A stretch of DNA of 64,000 nt from assembly GCA_047495785.1 (NCBI GenBank), contig JBLDXI010000042.1, forward strand, positions 4,712,001 to 4,776,000, read 5' to 3'. This document shows, one piece after another, positions 19,873-31,467 of this stretch. Source of the DNA: Lepidodermella squamata (taxonomy: Eukaryota; Animalia; Gastrotricha). A program made the translations under genes and the position numbers. The notes under the pieces are model-generated. The model was not told the origin of the DNA, made no database searches, and saw only the letters and a program-made list of their open reading frames with translations. The number at the start of each line of letters is the position of its first letter. Within the stretch, counting starts at the first letter, position 1.

Positions 19873-21798
19873 TCAATTTTTAGTCGGTGCAATCTCGTGA
19901 TAATGACCATCTCGAACATCCATAGTAAGGTCCAATTTGACAAATTTAGCAGGATCTGTGCAGCTCTTATCGTAACCTCGGAGTCCAGCCAGGTATGTTT
20001 GCGGCTTTGGCACAACACTGTTTCCATCTTGTCGAACTTGGGTGGCCTGATCTTTCGGCAGATAGACCTGTGAAACGTTATCACGACGCAGTTGGCTGAG
20101 AACTGTCTGAACTGAATGCGTGGCCTTCTTCCGCATATTAGCGAGGCGCAGAGCTTGCCTTCGGAGTTCCCACTCGTTCCATTCGTAGCTTCGAACTATT
20201 GTTGGCTCCAGAATATGTGTGTCGGTTTGCGAATCAACATCAGCCTTCATTCCAACGGAAGCGCGTTTATGGTCATCAGTCGGAGCCATAAAACGGCCCG
20301 TGAAATGGCGGTGAAGCTCTAAAAATTGAATCAACTCAGGATTACGTCTAGCTCTTTCAATTATAGCGGCCACGTAAGTCGCAGGGTCGATGGCAAATTC
20401 CAAAGCAGCGGATTTTGAACTGAAAGTGAAGATCGAATCGTTTTTGAAACGCAACACGCCGATTTCAGGGTGGCCTCTCAGAATCAAACCTCGCTTCGCT
20501 AAGGCTAGCGGGCAAAACCCTCGCAGTTGAAGCTGTAGCTTCTCAAAATCACGCATAGCGTCAGGGTAGAGCCATTCGTGATCCTGAGGCGGGCAGACAA
20601 TAGAGACTCGGTTAGCTACACCGCCGTGTTCTGCACTTCGTTGCTCATCTGTCAAGACAGTCGCTCCTCCGAGCAGAGTCACCAGAGCATCATCAGGCAA
20701 GCGTTCATGGCATCTAGTGAACTGCTCCAAAGAGCTGAGTAAATTGCTTAAAACACTGAGAACGACCATCTCGTCTTGCAAAGATGACCAAATTTGGGCC
20801 AAATGAACGAATTGAGGATAAACTTGAGCAGTCGGAACTGCGGTTCGCTGCTGCACTGTAGCGCGTAACTGGTCCAAACGACGGCCTAGCTGGCTTTGCA
20901 GAGCCTCAACTTGTTCAGCGCAACGAGCCAAATCAGCAAGAATTATTGTAAGAAAGTGGTAGTGCTGACGAACATTGTACAAGCAATCTTTAACCAGTTC
21001 AATAATTTCAGCGTTGTTCGACTGGCCATTACCGGTATTCTGGAGAGCATATGCATCCATGCGCTCTAAAATTGTGACGTATCTCGCCGCACGTTCCGAT
21101 GCATTTCTCAGAGCCATTTCAAGCATTTGACTCAGGGCAGGAACAGCTTCATTTAGGATGGCTGGTAAATCATCTATGCCTTCGCCGCCGCGACCACAGT
21201 CTCTGTTGAATAACCGAATTCCAGTCACTATCAGAGCAAGCTCAATAATTTGCCGTTCTTTTTCATGCTTATGTAGTGCCAGAAATGTGGCCATTTCTGA
21301 TTGAGGAAATACACTCTGAAGTGCAGCGGCCGTTTCTCTAACAACGCCCAGCTCAGTAGGGCTTCCAAGCCCAGATCGCAGAAGAACTGCAGTTACAATT
21401 TTTCTGTAAAGTGCCTCCAGTTCATCGCGCGTTCTTGGCCGAGAATCAGTGATCTCCCTGACAGCAGGCATCATTCTTTGCTCAAGAACTCGGTGATGCT
21501 CTCTAAGAAATTCACTACGAGAAGCGTAGTTCATGTCAAAGTAAACCTGCATCTTTATTGTTTGCAGCGATGGGGCCCCAACATCCATCAGCCTGTCAAC
21601 GCATACTTTAACAAGATTCTCGACATCAGCTTTTGTCAAAGCCCGGTCAGTGCTCAGATTGTTTTGAGGATCAAGAACGGCGGCTTTCACGATAAACGCA
21701 ACCAATGTTTCCGTAACTGCCTGTCCTCGACTGGCACATTGATCTGCTATCTCACGAATGATATTCTTTATAACTGCTTCCGCGTGTACTCTTGCCAT
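19873..21798 (-). CDS. CFAP206: Cilia- and flagella-associated protein 206; intronless
   Basis: AEAVIKNIIREI, TIKMQVYFDMNY, LQSVFPQSE, IVTGIRLFNRDCG, VPTAQVYPQF, QTDTHILE, YEWNEWELRRQAL. Confidence 0.93.
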   Translation of the reverse strand: MARVHAEAVIKNIIREIADQCASRGQAVTETLVAFIVKAAVLDPQNNLSTDRALTKADVENLVKVCVDRLMDVGAPSLQTIKMQVYFDMNYASRSEFLREHHRVLEQRMMPAVREITDSRPRTRDELEALYRKIVTAVLLRSGLGSPTELGVVRETAAALQSVFPQSEMATFLALHKHEKERQIIELALIVTGIRLFNRDCGRGGEGIDDLPAILNEAVPALSQMLEMALRNASERAARYVTILERMDAYALQNTGNGQSNNAEIIELVKDCLYNVRQHYHFLTIILADLARCAEQVEALQSQLGRRLDQLRATVQQRTAVPTAQVYPQFVHLAQIWSSLQDEMVVLSVLSNLLSSLEQFTRCHERLPDDALVTLLGGATVLTDEQRSAEHGGVANRVSIVCPPQDHEWLYPDAMRDFEKLQLQLRGFCPLALAKRGLILRGHPEIGVLRFKNDSIFTFSSKSAALEFAIDPATYVAAIIERARRNPELIQFLELHRHFTGRFMAPTDDHKRASVGMKADVDSQTDTHILEPTIVRSYEWNEWELRRQALRLANMRKKATHSVQTVLSQLRRDNVSQVYLPKDQATQVRQDGNSVVPKPQTYLAGLRGYDKSCTDPAKFVKLDLTMDVRDGHYHEIAPTKN

Positions 21799-21903
21799 TG
21801 CAGCTTAATATTATAATTCAGTAAAAGACCAGCGGTAATCGAAGAGTTAGTTCTCAAAGATAGGGCCCATTTTTAGCAAGATGCGTGCGTGGAGCATTCA
21901 TCG

Positions 21904-21915
21904 GTTGCTAAGAAC
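21904..21915. promoter_or_regulatory. Candidate RFX X-box upstream of CFAP206
   Basis: GTTGCTAAGAAC, ~106 bp upstream of the ATG of a ciliary gene. Confidence 0.45.
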
Positions 21916-22259
21916 GCAATTAATACATATTATTGCATTATAACAAGATTTACTACGATTATATTATTGTCAATAATTTACATTTATTATATGTCAGAAA
22001 TTTTTAATTGGTGTTTTATCATATGCCAGGTAGTACATGCCAGGTAGTATAGGCAGTGTGAGTCGCAGTTTTTGCCAATTCACATCCTAGAACATTTCAA
22101 ATGATTTAGAATCAAATGCTCCTGCGATTGAATATTAAATTTTCTGAGGTTTCTTAATACAATATTTGGTCTCTGTCTGCGGGTTTTCGCGACAGGACTT
22201 TACTACTTCTTCTCCAAATACTGTCATCAAGTGATAGTACCTCATCGGCTGCTGGTGGC

Positions 22260-23912
22260 ATGGCAGCAGCTGAAAACACGGCGGCTGAGTGGCGAAAGGC
22301 TGAGGCGCTTCAAATGGAGCTGCTAGCGGTTCTTCAACACTTGGCGAGTGGAAAGGGCGGCAGTGTCCTGCCCGGTAGACGCCGGTCAATGTCAGTTCTA
22401 GCTGACTCGAGCAAAGCGATTCCTGCGCCACATGTGCTCCAGACACGAGTGCAGAAGTGTATGTTCTTGCTTCTCAATGGCTTCTTGCCGCCTGATGATG
22501 GCCATGAACCGGATGCAGCACAAACCCCAAATGGGTCGAGGAAGAGGGCTCAATCGATTACGAGGTCCAAAGGTCGAAAGCCTGAAGAAAGTAGCGATAC
22601 AACCAAGCTAAGTCCACTCGACAAGCGGTCAAAAGCCCAGGAAGAAGGGGAGTGTAGCTCCGACGAGATGGACGCCGAACAACAGCCTCAGGAGCGCCGT
22701 ACGTACGGAGAAGTTGCCAAGCAAGGGGCATCGACGGAACAGTGGTCAAGGGCGCCCGTCGACGTGAAGAACGATAAGAAAAAAGGTGACGGCAGGAAAG
22801 AGACGGCCGCCAAGGTGCTCTGCATCGACGGCTACGACCGAGAGCGATTTCCTAATGTCATGAGCGTCGTAAAAGCACTGAAAGCGATCTGCGATTGCGA
22901 ATTTGCGAAAGTCAGAGGCATGATGCGCGGTGGTGTTTCCGTGACCTGCAAAACGACAGAAGATGCTGAAGCTATCCTGAATAGCGACCTCTGGAAGAGC
23001 GATGACTTGGCGGCAAGACCATTGGGCCCGGACGCCCGGGTGCATCGACCGACTTCTGCAACGGGCGGTGTCGTCGGCGAGACAATTATCGAGTCGAAGA
23101 AAGTAGTTGTTGAGGGGTTGCCCCATGATGTGCTGGAAGATGAGCTACTGGCCGAACTGAACGAAGTAGGCGTTACCCGAGTCCATGGATTCGCTGGTAA
23201 GAAGAGGGAGAAGCCCTCGTGGGGGACGGACTGGCTACTCGTTTTCGAGGACGAAAGCCTGGCGAAGGTCGCCCTGGACGGAGGGGTGCTCCTATACAAT
23301 GTTCGCTTCCGATGTCGGCCGTGCAAAAATACACGGGGTCCGCCGCGCTGCCTGAACTGCCTAGAGTTTGGGCATCGGACAGGTACCTGTCTACGACAGC
23401 CGACGGCTTGCTCTGAGTGTGGGCAACCAGGAGTCAAGTACGGACACGCCGAATGTACGGCACCGAAAAAAGGAGACCCAGGAAAGATCTGCTGGGCGTG
23501 CAAGGAGGCTGGCGGGGACAAATTCAACCACTCAGCTGGATCGCTGGGCTGCCCCATTGCCAAGGAGCTGAGTCGAAGGGCCCACGAAGACGCACGGCGC
23601 AAGGCGCAGCTTGAGGAAGAAAGAAGGCGGAAAGCGAGAGACGAAGCCGCTGAAAGAGAAAATGCGAAACGCGAAGAGCCACAACGTCGAAATAAGGCTG
23701 GTATCAGCAAAGAAGAGGTACACAAGGTTATAAACGATTCGGTCGGAAGCGTTGCTGCGTCGGTCATTATGGAGGTAATGATGGGGCTTATCAAGTCGTT
23801 CGAAGGTATGAAGGTCAAAAACGCAAGCAACATCGTCATCGACTCGTTCGAGGCTACTATCTCTGAAAAGATCGACTGGGCTGAACTCCGAAAATACAGT
23901 AATGGAAATTAG
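22260..23912 (+). CDS. LINE ORF1, gag-like nucleic-acid-binding protein
   Basis: Three zinc knuckles: CLNCLEFGHRTGTC, CSECGQPGVKYGHAEC, CWACKEAGGDKFNHSAGSLGC; RRM-like upstream region. Confidence 0.9.
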   Translation: MAAAENTAAEWRKAEALQMELLAVLQHLASGKGGSVLPGRRRSMSVLADSSKAIPAPHVLQTRVQKCMFLLLNGFLPPDDGHEPDAAQTPNGSRKRAQSITRSKGRKPEESSDTTKLSPLDKRSKAQEEGECSSDEMDAEQQPQERRTYGEVAKQGASTEQWSRAPVDVKNDKKKGDGRKETAAKVLCIDGYDRERFPNVMSVVKALKAICDCEFAKVRGMMRGGVSVTCKTTEDAEAILNSDLWKSDDLAARPLGPDARVHRPTSATGGVVGETIIESKKVVVEGLPHDVLEDELLAELNEVGVTRVHGFAGKKREKPSWGTDWLLVFEDESLAKVALDGGVLLYNVRFRCRPCKNTRGPPRCLNCLEFGHRTGTCLRQPTACSECGQPGVKYGHAECTAPKKGDPGKICWACKEAGGDKFNHSAGSLGCPIAKELSRRAHEDARRKAQLEEERRRKARDEAAERENAKREEPQRRNKAGISKEEVHKVINDSVGSVAASVIMEVMMGLIKSFEGMKVKNASNIVIDSFEATISEKIDWAELRKYSNGN

Positions 23913-26742
23913 ATCGAATAGCATATTCAGAGTTGGCGAATGGAATCCTAGAAGCATCGTCAACGCTGGCAAACAATACGAAGTTGAAATTGTATCGAAT
24001 GAACTAGATCTGGATGGCATAGTGATGCCGGAGTCTTGGCTTAAACCGGGAAATCGGGTGAATGCGTCCGGGTATAAAGTATTTAGGAACGACCGAACCG
24101 AAACCGATGGCGGAAGTGTCTCTATTTTAATAAGAAAAAGCATCAAGGTTCTGAAAGTCAAGCGATCAATTAATGCAAACAATGTCGAGTGGCTAGCCGT
24201 TAAACTAGCCTTGAAAAATCGTGCCCCTTTGTGGTTAATCGGCGTCTACATCCCGAACGGAAATCGAGCGACTTCGTTGACTTTCCTCGACGAGTTCCTG
24301 GCAGAAGGTTCATGCCTCATCTGTGGCGACTTCAATGCTAAACACCCGGAATGGCTGGAAGGAGCGAGAGCTAACCGCGCTGGTCGAGATCTTATGAAAT
24401 TCGCGGAAACCAGACGTCTTACCGTACTAGGCGATAAAGTCCCGACTCATGAAGATGGAAATCGCCTCGACTTATGGCTGTCTACGCCTGATTTGGTTAA
24501 TCTCGTTGAGGCCTTTGAGGTTGGCGAGTCGTACGGTAGCGACCACTTTGTCACAAAGCTGGACGTTCGTCTCGAGACAATTCGTGCGGAGAAAAGCAAT
24601 AATCGATTCAACTATGCGCGGGGAAATTTCTCGAAGAAAGGCTACGAAGCTGGAGTGGAAAAAAGGCTACCAAAGAAGGGCGAAATTGAAATCCTCGAAG
24701 CTACGCCACTCTTAGTCGATTTGATGAGCAAGCAAGCGATAAATGCAATGTTGGGCTCAGCCGAAGAATTTATTCCGAAGTGTGAAATCAAAGATGTCGT
24801 GGGTTGGGTTCCGAATACGGAAATTCGAAGCGCGATAAGAGAACGTCACCAAGAGCGTAGAGCCTACAAGCTGACTGGCGATCCGTACCATTGCTACCTC
24901 GCAAACCGCGCCTATGATAGATTCAAAGAACTAATCAAGAAAAACGAGTCGGCCAGGGCGATACGAAAAATGGCCCATATGGAAAGAAACCGGAGAACAA
25001 ATTTGAAGAACTTTTTTGCCGTGTACAGCCAGCTAACTACTGGAGACGGGGCTAAATGCGGTAGCGTTCAACCACTACGGCTAAAACCCGAAGACGACCT
25101 GGTTGTCGAAGAAGGTGAGCAGGCTAAATTACTCGCAAACCATCTGCAAAAGGCCCTCGCAAAACGTGACAATGTCGACCCGGACGAAGCGGTTCGCAAT
25201 CACCACAAATCCGTGGAGAACTACTGCAAAGAAAACGAGGAAAAGTTAAAGCCGCTCGAACGAGGCGATGTCAAAATGCTAGAAAAAACCACCAAAATCT
25301 CGAAAAAGGAATTCAAGTTGGCTGTTCGAAAATTGAAATTGAAGGCACCGGGACATGATGGCGTTCAGAATATCCTGATAAAGCGAGGTGGCAACCAGCT
25401 GTGGTGGCATTTAAGGCGCATGTTCAACACGTCGCTTGCATGTGGGTACATCCCCCAGAGCTGGAAAAAGGCACTAATCGTACCGATACCGAGACCAGGA
25501 AAGGATTTGAGCTCACCTAATGGATATAGGCCGGTTTCACTGCTGCCGACAATAGCTAAGCTGATGGAGCTGTGTTTGGCTGTGAAACTGCGGGATTTAC
25601 TCGAGAAGAAGTTGCTACTGCCGTTTCACCAAAGCGGCTTTCGACGGCTCAGATCGACAAATGATCACACATTCACATTGGCTCAGTTGGCATCCATGGC
25701 AAGACTCAAGAAAGAAGTTTTGTTAGTCGCTCTATTGGACTTCGAGGGTGCGTTCAATGCTGTTGACCACTCCAGTCTGATCTACAAGCTAGAGAAGTGC
25801 GAGCATATACCGAGAGAATGGGTTAGGTGGATAGCAGCATTCCTGATCGACAGAACCTTCCAAGTTCGGGTTGGCGACACCATCAGCGATGAAACGCCTA
25901 TTGGAGCGGGGGTGCCGCAAGGATCACCGTTGAGCCCGATCTTGTTCTGCTTCTTCACTGCCGACTTGGTCACTGAACCCTCCGGTCTAATGGACGCAAC
26001 TCCGGCATCTTTTGCCGACGACGTCATGCTCTACGCGTGCGAGGTCGCGCAGGATGTGGCGATCTCCAAGTTGCAAAAATCGCTACGCGTGGTAGGTACC
26101 TGGAGTCGGCTGTGGAAACTACCTCTGAGTCCACCCAAGTGCCAAGTGTTGTGTTTTGGTTCTTGGGATCGACCTGTTCGCCTTTTTATCGGCGCAACCG
26201 AGCTGCCCATCGTGAACGAGGCGCGCTATCTCGGCATAACATTTACGACGGACTTGGTGTGGGCCAAACACATAGACGAAGTGGCGGCCAAGGCAAAGAA
26301 GGCGGTCGGCGCGCTATACAGCGTTAGTTCCAGAGGCTCGCCACTGAGCATGGCCAGCAAAATCTTGCTATACGTTACCATGATCCGCCCAATCTTGGAA
26401 TACGGATGTATGTGTTTCTTAAATGCCAGCGAGACTCAGCTGGAGAAACTGTATATCATTGAGCACGACGCCCTTAGGTGTATTGTTGGCATCACTCGGC
26501 GCGAACAATTTGAGCGAAAAATTGGCATGAATGCGCTGTATACCCAAACGGGCTTGGTTCCCCTGCGTCTAAGGTTCCGCCAATTGACAGCAAAATTTCT
26601 GCGACGCGTCACGCTGGTCGTCCCCGCGGTGGCAAAGTTGATCCAGGAGCACCGAACAAGTCCGGCGGTGGGTGGCACTCCGCTTGGCAAGGTTGTTGCT
26701 GACCTCCCCGCGCCTATGAAGGCCTTGGAGATGAAAAAATAA
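23902..26742 (+). CDS. LINE ORF2, APE endonuclease plus reverse transcriptase
   Basis: WNPRS, ESWL, GDFNA, SDH (APE); KAPGHDG, YRPVSLL, QSGFR, LDFEGAFNAVDH, GVPQGSPLSP, FADD, YLGI, RPILEYG (RT); no RNase H. Confidence 0.96.
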   Translation: MEIRSNSIFRVGEWNPRSIVNAGKQYEVEIVSNELDLDGIVMPESWLKPGNRVNASGYKVFRNDRTETDGGSVSILIRKSIKVLKVKRSINANNVEWLAVKLALKNRAPLWLIGVYIPNGNRATSLTFLDEFLAEGSCLICGDFNAKHPEWLEGARANRAGRDLMKFAETRRLTVLGDKVPTHEDGNRLDLWLSTPDLVNLVEAFEVGESYGSDHFVTKLDVRLETIRAEKSNNRFNYARGNFSKKGYEAGVEKRLPKKGEIEILEATPLLVDLMSKQAINAMLGSAEEFIPKCEIKDVVGWVPNTEIRSAIRERHQERRAYKLTGDPYHCYLANRAYDRFKELIKKNESARAIRKMAHMERNRRTNLKNFFAVYSQLTTGDGAKCGSVQPLRLKPEDDLVVEEGEQAKLLANHLQKALAKRDNVDPDEAVRNHHKSVENYCKENEEKLKPLERGDVKMLEKTTKISKKEFKLAVRKLKLKAPGHDGVQNILIKRGGNQLWWHLRRMFNTSLACGYIPQSWKKALIVPIPRPGKDLSSPNGYRPVSLLPTIAKLMELCLAVKLRDLLEKKLLLPFHQSGFRRLRSTNDHTFTLAQLASMARLKKEVLLVALLDFEGAFNAVDHSSLIYKLEKCEHIPREWVRWIAAFLIDRTFQVRVGDTISDETPIGAGVPQGSPLSPILFCFFTADLVTEPSGLMDATPASFADDVMLYACEVAQDVAISKLQKSLRVVGTWSRLWKLPLSPPKCQVLCFGSWDRPVRLFIGATELPIVNEARYLGITFTTDLVWAKHIDEVAAKAKKAVGALYSVSSRGSPLSMASKILLYVTMIRPILEYGCMCFLNASETQLEKLYIIEHDALRCIVGITRREQFERKIGMNALYTQTGLVPLRLRFRQLTAKFLRRVTLVVPAVAKLIQEHRTSPAVGGTPLGKVVADLPAPMKALEMKK

Positions 26743-27469
26743 GCATCTATGCAGTGATTATATACAGTGATTCTGAAATCTATAATTTGTAAAGTCCGAA
26801 TCTAAGCCGATAGACGGGCTATTAGTTTTTACCTGCTATTTTTGAGTAGCATACCTTAGATAAGTGCCCGTTTTGTACACAATAAAACAAGAAAATGTGC
26901 AAAAAAAAAAAAAAAAAAATCAAATGCTCCCAAAGCAGTTGATTGCCAATCAGCTATGTTAAAGCAAGCAGATTTGCAATCAATGTTCAGCCTTTGCTTC
27001 CAAAGCAAACCACTACGGTTGCTTCCAGATCACTGATTCCAAATCTTATGGAGCTGTGTTTTGCTTTCATATCATTTTCCGTAGTTTTTGTGGAAAAATC
27101 TTCGGAATAATGGCCAATGATTAGGTTAGTGTTATTTCTTATGTTTTGAAGTATTATTTTATTCATGCTCACGTGACTGTGTTCCCTTTTGACTTTCTCT
27201 GAGGAGCCCGTCACAGTTGCCCTTTGTCATTATTCGCTCGCGGTTGGTGTATTGTTATGTGCGTAGATTCTCATTTTTAACCTATTCTGCACCATGTCTT
27301 ATTAGACAACTTTTAAATGTTGTTTGTTTCATGCAACGAAACAGAAAGCCGAATCAATCGTTTATTTCGCTTAATGAACAATCAAATGTTAAATGAAAAC
27401 GAAGTCCGAGGTGTTAATGTAGTACCAAGGAGGCAGCTAAAGCAGCTGTACAAAATGAAGAAAGATGAA

Positions 27470-29085
27470 TCACATTGCACATGTAAAAATAGCGTCATTA
27501 ATTTCCAGTTCCTTGAATTCAACGGCAACTGCTTCGAAGTCGTTATTTAAGCGAGCAACCGACCACTGGAAGGTTTTCATCAAGAACTGGCCGCGCTCGG
27601 ACTCGATATCGCCGAAGACGTCCACTTGGCCCTGACCTGCGAGATGGAAATGCAGGCCTCCGGGTGGTACTTCGACTGCCTTCTCATGGCTCTCGTTTCC
27701 GTTGCCTTTGATCGGAAGAACCTTTGTGGGATTGTCAAGGGCGCTCGCAGGACGCCGTTGTCGAGTCTTAGGTGGTTTATGCCGTGCGTCTTCATTTCGC
27801 AAGAGCGTCGTCGATAGCCTGATGTGACGCCTTGACTTCACCATGAATTGCTGGCAAATTTGGACGCATCATGTGCTTGTTTTTATCAAGAAACTCGACA
27901 ACTGGCTTGTTTTAAACCATGTCAGCTTCCTCTGGGTTGGTTTGCTGTTCGAGCATGCCAGCAAGAGACCGATCGAGGAAGTCGATGGCTACCGTTAAAG
28001 CCAAGCTAGAAGCACCTTTGTTGTAATCGTCAGAGTGCAGGCTGCAGCTAGCTAGAGCCATGAAAAAAATGAAGGAGGATGATCATATATTACATCTCAA
28101 ATGTAAAACAGCGTCATTTAATTGAAGTTCCTTGAATTCGACGGCCACCGCTTCCAAGTTGTTTTTAAATCTGTCACAATCTGCTGGAAGGTCTTGAACT
28201 AGAACTGGGCGCGTTCAGTGGTGACCTGAACTTCGCCCAAAGCTGCAAGATGAAATCGCATGCCGCCAGGTGGTATTTCTGCTACCGGCTCTTCGACCGC
28301 GTTAGTCAACCGTTCAATCGCGGTAATAGGTAATAGGCAATGGGCTTATCTGCCTTCGATTCGGTTATTTCGGGGTCATTCGGGGTCATTTGGCTGAGTG
28401 GATTTCCGGAGCATTGCGCTTGAGAGCGTAATAGTGCGTTGCTGTCGTACGGAACACCACGCTGATGCATTGTTCATCCGAAGTCTCATCGACAGCGCAT
28501 CTACCAATGCGTATATCTCTCAAACTAGTTGCGGTGATAATGAAAACTGATGCCACGTGCACACGCACTGATGGCTTAGACCTCGGCAAAATATCCAGGT
28601 TGCGCCAATGCCTCAACGTAGGCGAAGACCAGTTGTAAGCTTCGTTAGCGTTTTCAAAGTGTCGCCGTCTTCTGTCTATGCAAGTTGCGGACACCATCCA
28701 GAAGTCCTGAGTGCGTTGTTGATCAAGATGAGTACCAATCGAGTCCAAGAAGGATTCGCAGCTGGCGTCAAAGAAGCAATTAACAATGTTTAATGAATTA
28801 TGTTCTTCCCAAGTCTGAGCTACATAGAGCGGCTTAAGAAAATCTTTAAACCTGACGAAAGCTCTCGCAAAGCTTCGATTTCATTGAAGTCTTTCTCGAC
28901 AATGAAAATCTTCGGGACCTTTTCGGTTGTCCCAGAAAAACACATCGAGGCAATCTGTTAATACCGGCCTCGTCTCTTTGGGCGTGAAAGGCGTGAAAGA
29001 TTGGCTGCCTTTTACCGTTCTCGTCAACAGTCATAATAATGTTTAGTGGCATGCCACGATTGTTAGTCTTGTAAGTGCCATCCAT
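27470..29085 (-). mobile_element. Decayed Mutator-like (MULE) transposase
   Basis: MDGTYKTNNRGMPLNIIMTVDENGKRQPIFHAF (first catalytic D); IVEKDFNEIEALRE in another frame (second D region); frameshifts and stops; 3' part duplicated (~27470-27680 vs ~28080-28290). Confidence 0.75.
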
Positions 29086-29395
29086 TAGACAGCATCAGAA
29101 AACCGTTTTAGCTTGCAGCTTAGCAAGTAACCACTTGGATCTTCGTGGTATCTGGATCTTCAATTGTGCACACTGACTCACAAGGCTTGAATCGGGAGTA
29201 GTTCTTCAAGTGTTGGCGTCTAATTTTTATAGTTCAAAAAATGAATGAAATTAGACGCACATAGAATCTAGATTTATAGGCTAGCAGTATTTCGCATCCT
29301 GAAATAACACAATTTTGAAAATTTTGAAAATTCGATCGCTGAAATATTGATTTGAATTTTTGATAAAATTCTTAGATATCTTAATAACGCGAAAA

Positions 29396-30423
29396 ATGAC
29401 GGACGTTAAAATTGCGATGCCGCCAGCGAGCTCGCCGAGCTACAGCAAGTTTCGCGAGGCGACTCTAGAAGACGATTTCGCGTACAGCAACAACGTCGCT
29501 CAAGCCCACAAGTCGATTCGCCTCGGCTTCCTGCGCAAGGTCTACGGCATTCTATCCATCCAGCTCGCCCTCACCTGCGCTATAGCCGGCGTCATTCTTA
29601 CCGTCGAAAGCGTTCATACTTACATGAAGGCCAGGTATAAAATACATTTTCGAAAATTTATATTGACTGAATTAATTTTAAATCCAAATTGCAGCCCGGT
29701 GTTTTTGATGTTTTCGATGTTTGGTTCTTTCGGTTCGTTGATCGCCCTGATGATTTTGCGCAATAAAGTTCCGGCCAATTACATTTTATTGGGCACCTTC
29801 GTAAGAGAATTGTTCGTTTTCAACGCTGTGATATGATTTTTTTTTAAATTGCAGACCTTTTTCGAATCGATTATGGTCGGAATTTTCTGTAAGTTTATTC
29901 AATTTTTACTTTGAAGAAATGATTACGAAATATTTATAATTTTTGTCCATTTGGAGAAATTTAAAAATATTTGATTTATTGTTTTTTTCCAGCTTCCCAA
30001 TACGAGAAAACTGAAGTCCTCGAAGCTTTTGTTATCACTGCCTCGGTTACTCTTGCCCTGACGATGTTCACGCTTCAAAGCCGCTACGACTATTCGGCAT
30101 GGGGAGCTGGGTAATTTTCACTCAATTTTTCTAGATAATATTTTCTATTTTTTCCTGAATTTATTCGCAGACTTTTCGCATGTTTGTGGGTGCTGATTAT
30201 CTCCGGAATCTTCCAGATTTTCATCCAGAGTGCAATGATGGACCTGTTGATGTGCGTAGGCGGTGCTGTTCTGTTCAGTCTTTTCATCGTCTTCGACACG
30301 TACATGATCATGCACCGCCATTCGGCCGAGGAGTACATCCTCGCCGTCGTTGATTTGTACCTCGACATTCTCAACCTGTTCATCAACATTCTGCGCATCA
30401 TTGGCAAGTCGAATGAGGGATAG
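29396..30423 (+). CDS. TMBIM4: Lifeguard 4 / GAAP (Bax inhibitor-1 family), about 5 exons
   Basis: EDDFAYSNNVAQAHKSIRLGFLRKVYGILSIQL; FDTYMIMHRHSAEEYILAVVDLYLDILNLF; short GT-AG introns. Confidence 0.92.
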
Positions 30424-30549
30424 ACCTAGAAAATCGAGTCGTTTTCTAGGAAAAATGGACGTTTCTTTCTTATTCCTACGAAAAAATTATCCAAGAAAAA
30501 TCTGGCGCTCGGTGTGATAATATAATTAATAAAAATCATACTATTTTAT

Positions 30550-31110
30550 AACAACCCATGGCGCTGTTATTATTGCTGTTTTTGTTGTCGAGAAGTCGAT
30601 TGATTCTCGGATAAAAATGTGTGTAAATTATTATTATTCATTATTAATTTTTCTTGTGGTCGAAGTAACAATAAAAGTCGTTCAGCACGAAGAAAACGGG
30701 TGTTTTTTGCCTCCTGAAGGTCAATTATTTTGCGGAGAGCGTGAATAAAAGATAACTCAGGTGTGAATGCGCAAATTAGCGCCGACTTTTGCTCCATTTG
30801 ATCGCAATTTTTATGTGCATACCTGACAATTTTCACACGAGTCGAGTGGCATTATTCGTTTCTGCTTGGTATAATGATAGACAAACCGCGTGGTCATAGT
30901 GGATATGCGAGTTTACGAGGAAATACGAGGTAGCGCAGCTGCCACATGTGTTGCAAAGCTCGAGACCCACGAGGCGTAGCCGAGTTTTAGTCGAGGGCTT
31001 AGCAAAACTGAAACGAGACTCACGAGGCGAAGACGAGAGATTCAAGTTTATGTGGCAGCTGGCTTCCGAGTTTTTTGCTCGTCAACTCGCATAACAGGCG
31101 GTTTGTTGCT
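30550..31110. repeat. Degenerate MITE-like element with CACGAGGCGNAGNCGAG palindromic subrepeats
   Basis: cacgaggcgtagccgag (~30968) and cacgaggcgaagacgag (31021); weak terminal inverted similarity (aacaa..ctgttat). Confidence 0.3.
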
Positions 31111-31467
31111 CATGTCCTGATTGTTTTCGCGTAGGTAATTGGTCTTTTTACCTACAATTTTGGTCCATATCCCTATTGAATTCAACCGAACTGAATTTGA
31201 AGGTGATACTCATGAATACCTTTCTGCTTTTTGTTGACCGCCTGTAGCCCCTGTCTTAATTTGAGCAATGCCTATATAACAATTCAGAAATTACATCACT
31301 CGCTTTCCACGGCTTTTCCGGTCCATAATTTTGTAAAACATTCTTACCACGTTGCAAGCAGTTTCCTAACTTAACGGAAAATGTAGGGCACTTTCCTAAA
31401 TAGGTAACTTATACTGCAATTCGAGGATGAACTTTGAAGATTTCAGTAACAAAGCAGCTCTTCTGAA

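Larger units (their letters stand above)
22123..26917 (+). mobile_element. Full-length non-LTR retrotransposon (LINE, I/Jockey-like group)
   Basis: 13-bp TSD AATCAAATGCTCC (22110-22122 and 26918-26930); AATAAA at 26881; poly(A) tail 26901-26917; two intact ORFs. Confidence 0.95.

Noticed and set aside
22023-22050. 14-bp tandem repeat ATGCCAGGTAGTAY near the LINE, as a possible MULE terminus
   Set aside because: No convincing matching TIR beyond 29085.
22832-23839. 335-aa antisense ORF in LINE ORF1
   Set aside because: Shadow ORF of a GC-rich coding strand; no recognisable motifs.
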